Below are positions 15,101-28,182 of a DNA stretch of 64,000 nucleotides, piece by piece; within the stretch, counting starts at the first letter, position 1; every line of letters starts with the position of its first letter. The translations under genes and the position numbers were made by a program. Under the pieces are notes generated by a model. That model was not told the origin of the DNA. It saw only the letters and a list, made by a program, of their open reading frames with translations, and did not search any database. Origin of the DNA: Lytechinus pictus (Eukaryota); NCBI RefSeq assembly GCF_037042905.1, contig NC_087250.1, positions 20,586,001 to 20,650,000 on the forward strand, in the 5' to 3' direction.

Positions 15101-16295
15101 AGATTTAATAGCAATTTTCTGAACATTGGATAAGCCAAGTAGAGGCGCAAGGGATGTATGCCCCCCCTTGTTTGTTATGAGAATTTCCCTTTAAACAATC
15201 TAAGAAAATCGTCACCCGCACCTTCAACTTTCAAACTTAGTTTTTACTCCCCCTCTATTTCAAAATCCTGTATCAACCACTGCTGATTGCCGAAGCCTTT
15301 CAAGTTAATTCACAATCAGTTCAACAAATTGAATTAATACAATAAATAATTCCGTATGTATGAATGACCTATATTGACACGTAACTTTAATTCAGTCAAT
15401 TTCAGCTCAATATGGGCAGCACAGGCATGCATTGAAATAAAAAATTGATTTGAATTAAATTCTTATTAAACGAAAATTTCTAATGAAATTTACATACAAG
15501 CCGTAAGGTAAATATATAGACTGATAATATCCCTATACAGACCAATGTCGGTACCTATTTGATTCAAAATTCTATTCTGGACTTTTCATATATGTTTGAT
15601 TAATTGTTTCGCTGTTTTAAAGAAAAGGAAACAAAGAATTATATATTGATTTTCCTATACATTTTGATTCATTATGTAAACGGTTTGTTTGAAAAACATC
15701 AACTTTTGCCATCAAAAGAAAAAGATAACAAAAAGGAAAAAGAAAACTTCATCATAATCACGTAAAATTTAAATGCTCATGTTCGAATATGTTATTATTG
15801 AAGAGTTAACTTATTCACAACATCCGAGTTCGTTCGAACTTTATCAATTTTTTTGTGATCAGATCACGTTTCAGTATCAAAGCAACGTTATCACTATATA
15901 TTGATAAACATCCTCATAAATAATTATGATCTACTAGCATGTTGTCTGTTTTGTCGCTTTTTGTTGCTGTTCCACAATATCTAAAGAAAAAAAGAATGAG
16001 TTACGAGAAAAGAAAAAGCAAAAAAATATATATATCGCTAAGGGGGAATCGTGGTTGTAAATATTTTGAGAAAAATATCAAAGCTTTTGCGAACTTCAAA
16101 ACATTACTCACCTTGAGCTATGGGTATTTCAGACGGCTCAGTGACTGTGGTCTCTGCGCATGCGCCACTCAAAATTTGTTGCACCAGTGATGGAGACAGT
16201 GCGTTGAACTGTTCTTGGGTAAGCCCCGCCTCGTGATCGATGCCGTAGATGTCGAGAAGTTCCTCACTTGAAAAACATGTCTGCAGTCAGGAGGT

Positions 16296-16330
<35 letters not shown>

Positions 16331-19300
16331 GAGGGGGGGGGGGCGCAGACGCAGAAATTGAGAGATTTAGAGGAAGAGAGAGGGGAGGGGGAGAGAGAGA
16401 GATCCTTTTAAAAATAGACATTGGCGCGATGGCGACAATTCCCATTTAATCTTCCCTACTCAATTTTACTGACGGGCACACGCTTAAAAATACCCTTAAT
16501 ATTTTTTTATTTTTGACTACAAGTTAAACGATTGCAAAACAACTTGAAAAGAACCCCTGATCATGCTTTAAAGATTCCCTTTTTGCACGAAATTCGTAAC
16601 TGACACCGGCGTTTGCGCCCATCCGATCTTGTCATAAGAGTTAATATTCGCTTGATCTATCTATTTTCTATTTTCTTCCTAATACTTATCTATGCAAAAA
16701 TTACAAAATAAGGGGTTCTTTATCATTTGCCTGTTTAGAAGCTTAAATTCCTTTTAGTTTTATATTTCTTTATAACATTGAATAGGTTGATGAATGATTG
16801 ACATATTGAAAATAATTAAAGTTTAGTAATCACCACAACGGTGACATAATAATCAGAAGAATACTATAATAGAATTAGAACCCCTGTTTTTGAGAGAGTA
16901 ATACCTTACACGTTGGTCCCCCACAATGCGTGTTATATGGCAAACTGTCTGTTTAGGCTAATAAAAATTGTTTTAAACACCTCCAAACAGACAGATTTAA
17001 ACTGTCTACTGTCAACTTAGAATTCGTTGAAAACATTCAAGAGTAGAACAAACAATTTTAATATACCAAGAAGAGATTTAGCTGTCTGATTCGTCAGAGC
17101 CTCTCAGGGAATTAGTAACCTACTATAACCCCGTGGTGCAGCTCCTTTGGGTCCATATTCACTCATACAGCAGTCAATATATCTTTATATCCAATGATTT
17201 CTTACAATCAGGTGCAATAAAATGTCTAGGTATATGCCTATCGTAAACTATCGTGCAACACAATGGCAGAAAGATGCAAGTGTCAAAGCAGCCAGGGTTG
17301 ATTTAATCCATTCTCACTCTTACTTTCAAAGCGATAGCTTATTCATATCAGTTTGTTTAAATAAAATGAATTACCCCTTCTTGAAGATATGTCAGGCAGG
17401 CATTGTGGTGTCGCATTGGCATCAATCACATCCTTGCAAATGACTGACAGACATTTCTTTAAAAGAAAATATATTTTTCGTCACTTGCGTCTTTTTGCAG
17501 CTACAGTTCAATGCAAGGAGGTGAATGTACTGTATGTGTTAAAGATAACATTTCACCCCTGACCTAACCATATGGCGCAGCGCAGACAAATGCTACATGA
17601 GTGCGTTGCACGCGGTGAATATTTCGTGATATTCTCCGACTACTGTTATAAGCTACGGGAATTCTCGCTTCTGATTGGCTGAGGTGAATTTTCCTCAGTA
17701 AAAACCAACGACAGGATGTGCCTTGAGATGCACCCCAAGAATAAGATAAAGACATGTTTCCCCAAAAGAATAGCAACTTAATACATGTCTTTTGAAAACA
17801 AAGAGAGAGGTCGGGAGAGAGAGAGGGAAAAAAAATCATCCAATCCCCCTTTAAAGGGAATGATGATTTTTCATTTGCCCTTTTTCTGATTATGCAGTTA
17901 CCCAACACTTTTTAATGAATTGTTATTGATTGCTCGTAAAGAGATTGAGTTAAAATGGTAAAGATAAGGAGGTGGGTGTGGTTCTTACCGTTGCAACATC
18001 CGGTACGTGCGAGTGATTATGATGATCATGATCGTGGCCATCATGGTTGTGGCCATCATCAGCCATTACCGTAGCTCGTTTCTTAATGCTCCTTCTCTTC
18101 AAGCCCGTTGACATGACATCTCTCCTCCTACGGGTGTGATCGTGGTCATGATCGTGACCAGGATGGTCGTGATCATGGTCATCAGCTGCCATGGCTTCCC
18201 TCCTCTTTCGGGTGTGATCGTGATCATGATCGTGTCCTGGATGGTCGTGATCATGGTCATCAGCTGACATGGCTTCCCTCCTCTTTCGGGTGTGATCGTG
18301 GTCATGATCGTGACCAGGATGGTCGTGATCATGGTCATCAGCTGCCATGGCTTCCCTCCTCTTTCGGGTGTGATCGTGGTCATGATCGTGACCAGGGTGG
18401 TCGTGATCATGGTCATCAGCTGCCATGGCTTCCCTCCTCTTACGGGTGTGATCGTGGTCATGATCGTGTCCTGGATGGTCGTGATCATGGTCATCAGCTG
18501 ACATGGCCTCCCTCCTCTTTCGGGTGTGATCGTGGTCATGATCGTTACCAGGGTGGTCGTGATCATGGTCATCAGCTGCCATGGCTTCCCTCCTCTTTCG
18601 GGTGTGATCGTGGTCATGATCGTGACCAGGATGGTCGTGGTCATGGTCATCAGCTGCTATGGCTTCCCTCCTCTTTCGGGTGTGATCGAGATCATGATCA
18701 TGGCCATGATCATGATCGTGGTTATGGTCATCAGCTGCCACGATGTCCCTTCTCCTACGGGCGTGGTCGTGCTCATGGTCGTGGTCATGATCGTGGCCTG
18801 CATGCTCACCGATACCCAGATCCATCATTATATGAATGAACTCTGAGTTGTGGGAAAAGAAAATAGCAAATTTATTTTCCGTATTCATGCACTCACATGT
18901 CATCTTGTGAAGTTACATACAGAAAATATAAAAATAACAGAAAATATAAGAATAATTTATTGATTTCTGCAATTCTTTTGTAAACTATTTAACAATAAAA
19001 GCACAATAAACATAGCATGGAAAAAGAAACACCTGTAGGCCTATTTTCTTTGAAATATCGATTAAAAACATCAGAGGGGTTACACGACATTTGCTCCTGC
19101 GACAATGGCTCCGGCCTTAGGTTCGTCTAAGATATAGGGTTAGGGTTGCATTATAGGATTTTATGTTAAGTTTAGGGTTAGTTTTAGAATTAGGGTATAG
19201 TGTTAAACCCTGGGTTGAAGTCGGTCATTCGATTAGTGAGTGGAATTTAGAACGGAGCAATTGTCGTCGGAGCAAATGTCATAGACCTGCAGAGGATGCC

Positions 19301-22300
19301 ACTCTAAGCATAGCTTGACTGGGTGACAAACATTTAAAACAATTAACGAACATATATATCCCATCATCTTTCTTAATGTAAGTTTCAGAGAATGTGAGTT
19401 AAAGCTTGAGGCAATTAAAGAAAAAGAGCAATTTTTCATACATTCACTGAATATTACTGCAAAAGTCATTTTTTTATTTTTATCATAAAATGAAAACTTC
19501 TAAACTTTTCAATCCCTGACCTTCCTCTGGGATGACCCCTGACGTTCCATATATGTCGAATATATATTCGGTGAACGCCGCGGTCGACGGCATCGAAGGC
19601 TCTCCTATGCAATGACCATGAAGGAGTCCGTTGATCACGACCTGGGCGATGTGGTGCGTCTCGTGGTCGTTAGCCCCTGTCTCGTGGTCAGCCACGTTTT
19701 CCTCGAATACGGATTCGACGTTGAAGCACTTTAGATCACATGAGGAAATTAAAAAGAGCAGGTTAAATGTATATTGATTTACATTAATTAAATCTCTGAT
19801 CAGGGCCCTGTGAAGGATTTTATTGCTTGGGTGGCTGAAGTGAAATGGACAAGCCCCCCCCCCCCAAAAAAAAAGGGGGAGGGGGGTAACACTCAAAATG
19901 AAGGTCGTTTAGTTCCCAAGAAATTTGACAAGCATAATTTCGTCACGAGAACTTTGACTGACAGGCATACAAAAAAAATACACGCAGCACCCCCTGGGAA
20001 AATCCTTGGGATACCCCCGCTTCCCAGGGTTATTTCTCTATTTATAAATAGGCCTACAATCAGGGAAAGTACGAATTGAATACATGTACTTTCAGATTTC
20101 TTTTCGAATAATAAACTATGGATCTTCATTTTCATATATAGGGGTGATTCGTTACGTCATACGCTGGGAGCTTCACATTGTAGGCCCTATTGTGAATTAA
20201 AAAAAAATAATTGAAATGTCATTTCTAAAAAAAAAATGAAAATGAGATCAACAGACAATTATTTCACACTCGCTCCAAAACGAAAAAAAAATTGTTATAA
20301 ATCATTAAAAATTTGAGATTTATGCATTTTTATATTACATAAGGTACAGGGTAGCTTCTTGTTTATGACGTCCCAAATCAAAATCTTTAGCTCTTTAATA
20401 TAGTAATTTTATTCAAATATCTATTTAAATCTTTAATGGACTTTCCTCGAAACTTCACCAACATTTTTCTTTTACATTTTCTTACAGCAAACTTTTCGTC
20501 AGGGTGAACTAGAGATCGGAAAAAAAATCACTGGCGAACATACGGTAGAAATGTTGCTTACTCATCCACTCATCATCACTCACCTTCGTTTAGTCTAATG
20601 CCACTACCTCCACTCCCTACATTTCGTCTACCACCCATTTGGTCTAAGAACCAATTGGTCCATCATCACTTCGTCAATGACCATTTCGTCTAATAACCAG
20701 TTGGTCTAATACCAGTTTTCTTTTCATGCATTTCGTCCATATGACACTTAGTCCAATCAGACCAAAATGGAATATGGACTAAATGGCGATTGGAGCAACT
20801 GGTTATTAGACGAAACGGCGAGTGGACAAAATGACAATTAGACCCTTTGGATGAACTGATGGTAGACCTAATGATAGAAGACGAGCTGGTATTTGGACGA
20901 CTTGACAAGAAACCAATTGAAAATGAACCTGTAAAGCCGGGGCCCCGTCTTACAAAGAGTTGCAATTGATCCAATCAACCACAACTTCTATGGAAAGCCA
21001 GCAACGTCAACATCCAAACTTCATATTTGTTCGAAACATTTTCTAAATAAATGATATGTATTCATACATTTATAGTTTTCTTGAAAATTCAGCGTGCTTC
21101 TTTTCGTTTACAAAGGACATTTTGCAAATTTCCTGAAGAAAAATTATGAAGTTGATGGATTTCCATATACACTAGGGATGGCTCCGCGGTATGTCGATGG
21201 GTCTTTGGTAATCCATGCTGCGTTCAGTGAACGTGTAAAAATTCCCTTTATAGCTATAGCATGTCAGGGGATTTCTTTGCCCACAAGTCATGATCCATAT
21301 TTCAAGGAACTTGGGTTCAAGTTGGAGGGCATGTTATTAGAAGATCAGTCAAGTTTAGCACATGTTCACCAAATGGGACTTTGTGTAGGTTATGGGAGGA
21401 GAGGCACGTTATACGTGTCACCCCGACTAAAGAACAGCTAGCCCTCGGGTTGAAATATTATAAGAGGACCATGGACGTAGCTCAACTGACTTTGCATAAA
21501 AATTATAGGTAACTTCAAATGAAAATCGAATTGTATTTGTTTTTTATAGAATGTTTACAATGTAACATTTTATTTCAACATAAAAAAGCGAAAAAGATGG
21601 GATTAATGGATGGTGGCAGCGTAAATTTTAATTGAAGCAAATCAGATCACCCACTGGCGGATCCATGGGGGGGGGGGGGGGGGGGTTCACAGCCGGCCCG
21701 TGCCCCCCCCCCTTGAGAAGCAAAATTAAGATTTGTATTGTAGAAATGCCATTAAGACAGAAGTGTGACCTTTTTTTTTTCGGGGGCGAAATATCATCAT
21801 TTTTTGGTTAAAAACCTTTTTTTGTTATCATTTTTTTTATTGTCAAATTTTTGCTCGGAAAAAAAGCCCCCCCCCCCCCCACTTTGGAAAATCCTGGATC
21901 CGCCCCTGAGATCACCCATTATATGGTAGTAAAAAGATCGTGCACAAATGTGGGAGCTAGGGTGTGTGTGTGTGGTGCGTTAGGGTGGTTCGCGCAGTAG
22001 TTCATCGCACACATTACGACTGGTCTATCATCCGGGAAGAGTCGACAATTTAACACATTTTCTATTAGTACAAATTATAGAAATATCTTGTTTGACACGT
22101 GTTTTATGTTTTCGTCATTTGAAATACCTCTTGCCAATTTGTTTAATGTTTCCCGTTAATTTGTGAATTATTTCCGTTTATATTATTATATAGTTGAATA
22201 CTACAATGGCATATATACACACTATTTCATTTCCCAGACACACAATTCACTTTCAGTTAATATTTCCTTCTAGAATTCCACAGCACAATTAGTTTCAATA

Positions 22301-25300
22301 CCATTCTTTTTCCGTATCATGTATTTTGTAAATATCTGTGCTACTGCTTGAATATTTGTGTGTGTGTCATTATTACCTTGTAATACATCGCGATTCCGCC
22401 TTAGCCGCGATGATGTCTTGATTTTTATTAATAAACCATTTATCTATATATCTATCTATCTATCTATCTTCTATCTTACTATCTATCTTCTATCTTACTT
22501 CTATCTATCTATATATCTCGTGTTGGTAAAAATTTATGAAAACACTAACAAGAAACTGTTAAAAAATATGCAAGTGTTAAGTTATACAGTTCAGTGTTTA
22601 AAGGATTGAATAATCATATGAAATGCTCTAATTTCTCTGAAAATCGGATAGCAACGGATCGACAATTAGTGTGCGCCGGGCTCTGTTGATGATGTTGTTT
22701 TCTTGGGTTTTAAGGCGCGTTCCATTCAGATATGAATATTTACGCCTATGAATAATTTGTGTTATTTTGCGGGTATAAATTTGTGATGCAAAAATGCTCT
22801 AGATGCGCAATAATCAGCCTTTACACAGGCTTATTTCAGTAACACAGGGTTCATATCGAGTTTATAATGCCACAAAGAGGTTAGCAAATCTTAAGACCTT
22901 GTAATGAATTAATGAGAATACTAGTACCCCGTGCAATCGGAAGCCGTGCTTATTTATTGGAAGTGTCTTAAACGCCGACATCTGTTCCCGGAATGAGCAA
23001 TATAGGTGCTACTTACGTAGTTAAAATTGCCCATATAGGCATATAGGCCCTATCAAGGTCTAGTTTTACGAGCGTGTATCCTGTTCAGTGTAATGGGAAT
23101 TGCTCCCCTCGACGACTGTTATACTTTCACAAAAGGGTTCATTAAGTCACGATCGATCTTAAAGGAAGGTTATACCGGGATCTCTCCTTGTCATTTTCTT
23201 ATTCGCATTTTTTTATATATATCAAGAATTGCCCTTTTTAACTACACAAATATTTCAATCATATGAATCCTATTTTTTGCATATGAATAATTTGATATTC
23301 TGCATGTGTCTTAACAAAATGCATTTGGAATTGCAAGGGACGGATCCAGGATTTTCCAAAAGGGGGGGGGGGTAAACTATACCCGAAAAAATTTGACAAG
23401 CAAAACAAAAAAAAAAAGTCTTCAATTAAAAAAAAAAAGGGGGGGGGGGGGACACACCTCCGTTTTTCTTCTCAAAAAAAGGGGGGGGGGGCACATGCCC
23501 CTAGTGCCCCCCTGGATCCGCGCCTGGGGATTGCAATTGGAAAAGGATAAAACTATAATAAAATAAATTTGATTTAAAAGGGTAACTTTGATAAAGAAAT
23601 CAAATAAAAGAGGAATTCATACTAAATCGAAAGAGCTAATCTAGCTCCTAATTACACTCCCCTTGGAGTTCTGCATGCAGTTCACTCCAAAAAGAGTCAT
23701 AATGCACTCTTAAAGGATGTACAGCTCACTCCAAAGGGATTGGTACCTTGTATCACTCCAAGAGAGGCGTGATTAGCGATTAGATTAGACTTTTTTTTAT
23801 TGCATTTAGAGAGTATCTTCTTATTTTTTCTTTCTATTTCACATTCAATTCAATTCAATCCTTCCATTTCCATTCAAAACATAATACAAAGTAATATAAA
23901 GTAATACACATCAAGTACAATTTTACCGACGAGCATTCTAACTTCGTAAAACAAAAAAATACCCAGTATAATATTGAGCATAAATGGAAATGAGGGGGGT
24001 CCACTAAAAAACAAAGCTTGTAAAGTGTGGATCCCCACGGAAATGAAGAAAATATAGTCGACTTATTCATATATGCGTACATATACAGGAAAGAAAAAAG
24101 AGAAGGACATACCCCCCCAAAAAAAAAAAAGATAAAATACGCGAATTATTGAATCTAGTTATCAATCGCTTACCGTGGCCATGGTCGTTGCTGTATAATT
24201 CTCACGTATTGTGTTCAGAATCATTTCTAGGTCAACCTCGCTCAAAGTCGCGTTCGAAGAATCAGGCGCCGTGGTCATAAGTGACGTCATGACCACGCTC
24301 TCGGTGAGGTCGGTCCCACCCGGGCCGGCGTGGCAGACGGAAACCATCTCGTAGGTCCCGTATAGGAGGATGGGGCTGACGTGGAGGAATGTGGCCTCGT
24401 CGAACCCGTGGTCGACATCGATCCCCATGGTTGAGAAGACATCTTCTGTAAAATCATTCTGACACTGTAAAGTAAAATGAAAATAAAATTGGATGGCGAT
24501 CAGTAATGTTTCTCTAATGATTAGTTTTATTTATTTCCACATAAAACACGACATAACCTATAGTAGTAATCCTACATGATTTTATTACAGATAAAACTTT
24601 GAAATTTGCAACGAAAAACTGGAAAAAGAAATAGGAAGAATAAACAGAAAACCCATAGGCACATCCATGCACGATGATCTCGCGTTTTTTGGGGGGTTTT
24701 TGGGGCTCTTTTTTTTTGGGGGGGGGGGGCGTGGAAAGTTCCCACTCTCGGATTTCATATTCTGTACAGCATCTCTTCGAGGATTGTTTACCCTCGAAGG
24801 ACCCCCCCCAAAAAAAAAAAATTCCCACGAAATCGCTATATGCACAAACACATCCATGCAACTCATAATCTCTTTAGTTCGGGGTAAACAAATGAACATA
24901 TCAATTACTATCTTGAGGTTGAATGTCAATTTCAAATAGGTTTTTATTAAAAAAGTACTCTACTAAAAAAAGCAGCAGACTTACAATGAAAGACATATAT
25001 ATTCACCAAAGGTCACTGATTGAATTAAAAACCCAGAAAAAATCAAACCACATAATTATGTGTATATATTAGACAAATTATTCATCGGCCTAGCAGTCAG
25101 ATACTCTATTTAAAGCAAATAAGGGCATACTGGATCCAAATAACACGATGTGGTAATGCGGCATGGTGCATTTAATGAATATTTTGCCACGCCCACATTT
25201 TTATCACATGATCACATGTTTGGGCGCGTGAACCAGCCACTGTGTCACACTATTGTCGCCACAATGAAGTATCAGTTTGTCGGAATCGAACCATGTAATC

Positions 25301-28127
25301 AAATTTGCACAAATTGTGAAATACTGTAACACATTTCCTGATAACCATCCTTGAATGTTAAATCGTAAAGATTGGCCAATGTTTGTGAATTAATTTTTTT
25401 TTCTTCATTTTTTAGACCAAACTAGTTTTCTCGTATTCCGCAAAAAGATCATACCATTTTTTTTCCATTTTATTATTGTCATTTCAGTTTATTTAGCCAA
25501 AATATGATGAGACCCGGGACTTGATCATGAATGTATTTTCCCCCACAAGATTCGGTCAAATACATGATCACAGCGGGAAGTTAAATAGAAGCATTTTTTT
25601 TCCCCTTGCCGGTAAATCAAATATTCAGTTGCATTATGTCTGATGCGCAAGCGTGCATGGCATGCATGAAACAAAAAAATCGTAAACTGTATATTCTTTT
25701 AGGTAAAGAAATAAGAAATAGTCAACTATAACGCGATATATCTGCCCTCATAGTTGGCATTGATCATAACGTTTGATATTTTCTTTCACTTTATCGATAT
25801 GGATAAAGACACCATACGTCAGGGGAGCGAACTCGCGTATCATCGCATGCAGTTCGGCATGTGCGGCCCTCAAGCCCACTTTTCACGCCTTTCCAGCAGT
25901 TACCAAGCATATCATTTTCCCCCTTTTTTATTATTCAGCCAGTATTCCCGGTCCCAAAGAAACTCAAGCGTCAGTTCCCGAAGGCCCCCCCCATTTTATG
26001 TTAAATTCCTGTTCCCAAGCACCCCCATTTTCAGAGGGCCACGTAGCAACTTCCGTACTTAAAAATATGGTTTCAGATTTCGGGGCCACCCAAATCCAAG
26101 TACCCCCCCTCCCTGAGATGCTCTTCGCGCCAAAACGGCTAAAATAACTTCATAAAATAAATTTCATAAAGACTTGTAGTAATAACAAAATACAAAATTT
26201 CTATAACATATTGCCATCAGCCAAAAAAGTGGAAGGATTTCGGTAACTTTTAACTGTTATTGCAAATTTATTATTGTAACAAGTTTCATAAAAGCGGGCC
26301 CCTTGTCCAGATTAGAAACGCAACAAAAGCCATATCACATCTGGTCGATGAAAAGGGTATTCCGGGCTTTAAAACATTATCATCTAAATATAAAGAGCAA
26401 AATTCACAAAGCAAAAAAGCTGAAAATTTCATAAAAATCTGAAAACAAAAATAACGAAGTTATTTAGTTTCTACGTTTAGCAATATTTTGTGAACGGTGA
26501 TGTCATGTCCCCCACTTTGCCTTTTTCTTTTGTTATTACATTAAATCATGTCTATTCAACATTTTCATTCATAAGTATATCCCGGGCGGACGGTGCCCCC
26601 GATGTTAATCATTTGTGGTCCGGGTCATGCAGAGCGGCAATTCAATCTCAGACAAAACGCGGTAGGACATTTCCAAGATGAGCAAAAGTACAATTTTTAT
26701 AGGAATGTGATTTTTTTTATTGGGGGAGCGGTGGTCTGGGTTAAATTAATGTCAAAACCGGCATGGTTCTATATTATTGTAATGGGGGTAAAGAATGATA
26801 AGGGATTGCGACAATCATATTTCCCATGTGCATAATGGGAAATATGAAATTTTCTAATTCTATCCTCATTGTCAAGTGAAACGACGATTAATTCCTCCCT
26901 GAAAATGTGGAATTTGCATTGTTTAATACTATATGGTTCAGTTAAGTAGTCCTTATTGTAAAATCTGTAAAAAATGAAATATTGCATTATTAAAACAATA
27001 AAAAGCAAAAAAAAAATAGTGAGGGACATCATCGACTGTCTAATCTTCATGTCATTGAGTTATGCATATTACTGTTTTGTGAAAAATAAGCAAAAAAAAT
27101 AAAATAAAATGTCATAACATTCTTATTTTACATCCGATTTAGATGAATTTCCAGTGTTATGTATTCCAATCAACATTTTTCTGGGGTGGAGTTGACCTAT
27201 AATGAGTCCAAAAAGGGGGGGGGGGACTAATACTTGAGTTTCGTGCAATTTAAAATCAGTTTTGAACATAGGCCTTTCCCATAATTCCAATTTTTGCAAC
27301 ATAAAATCACAGTTTTTTCATGTGTCTGATGACGAGGTCAAAGATGATGTTTAAATGGAATATCTTAAGAAGCGGCTTAATGATCCGTGACGGTACGATA
27401 CACGCATTTATACATGATAAAAATTGGAGACGTAATTTTGTTAACACATGCATAAATAGCCGAACTCATTCGGTGAAAACCCTTATCGAGTATCCAAAGT
27501 TTTTATAATAAAGAAATAAAAAAAGGATTTTTTTTTTAGATTGTCGGATTTGATATCTTTGGTCACTTTGAACCTAGCATAATTTCTCTCTCAAACGAAG
27601 TATAGGCTGCCCGGTAAAAGGATACGAGTTTGTTTTTCTGATCGAAAGTATAAGGAATATATGTATTTAATCGCATTTAAGATGAGGAAAGGACAAAATA
27701 GTATAAATACTAGTGTATTAACCGCATAATGACGCGATCTTGGTATAGTACAATTAATCAGAAAAAAATTAAAAAAAATTATAAAATTCAGGTTGGACAA
27801 TTTCCAGACACAGGTTTCTCTTCACGAAATGAAAAAACGATCCTGCTTTTCTACTGACACTTTAAAGAAATAAAAATATTCTCAAAGAGATTTGGGCTGA
27901 TATACGAATGCATTCCTAATAGGCGTATAGAAAACAGGTAGGCCTATATATCACGCATCTCTCACGTTTCATACCTTATTTGGCAATACCTTAATTTTAG
28001 AAACTGTATCGTGACCTTAATTTGAAGGCAGGTAGACATTAATGATCTCACTTTAAGTGGTTTCACTTCGCCTTTCGTTTGGCCGGGTCTCTTGGTCTGT
28101 CTTGGAGTGACCCGTTGCAGGCATGTA

Positions 28128-28182
<55 letters not shown>

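Noticed and set aside
18099..18846. Alternative-frame ORFs (MTMITT.., MIVVMIV..) and possible CRISPR-like periodicity
   Set aside because: Shadows of the coding 78-nt repeat; no unique spacers; eukaryotic context.
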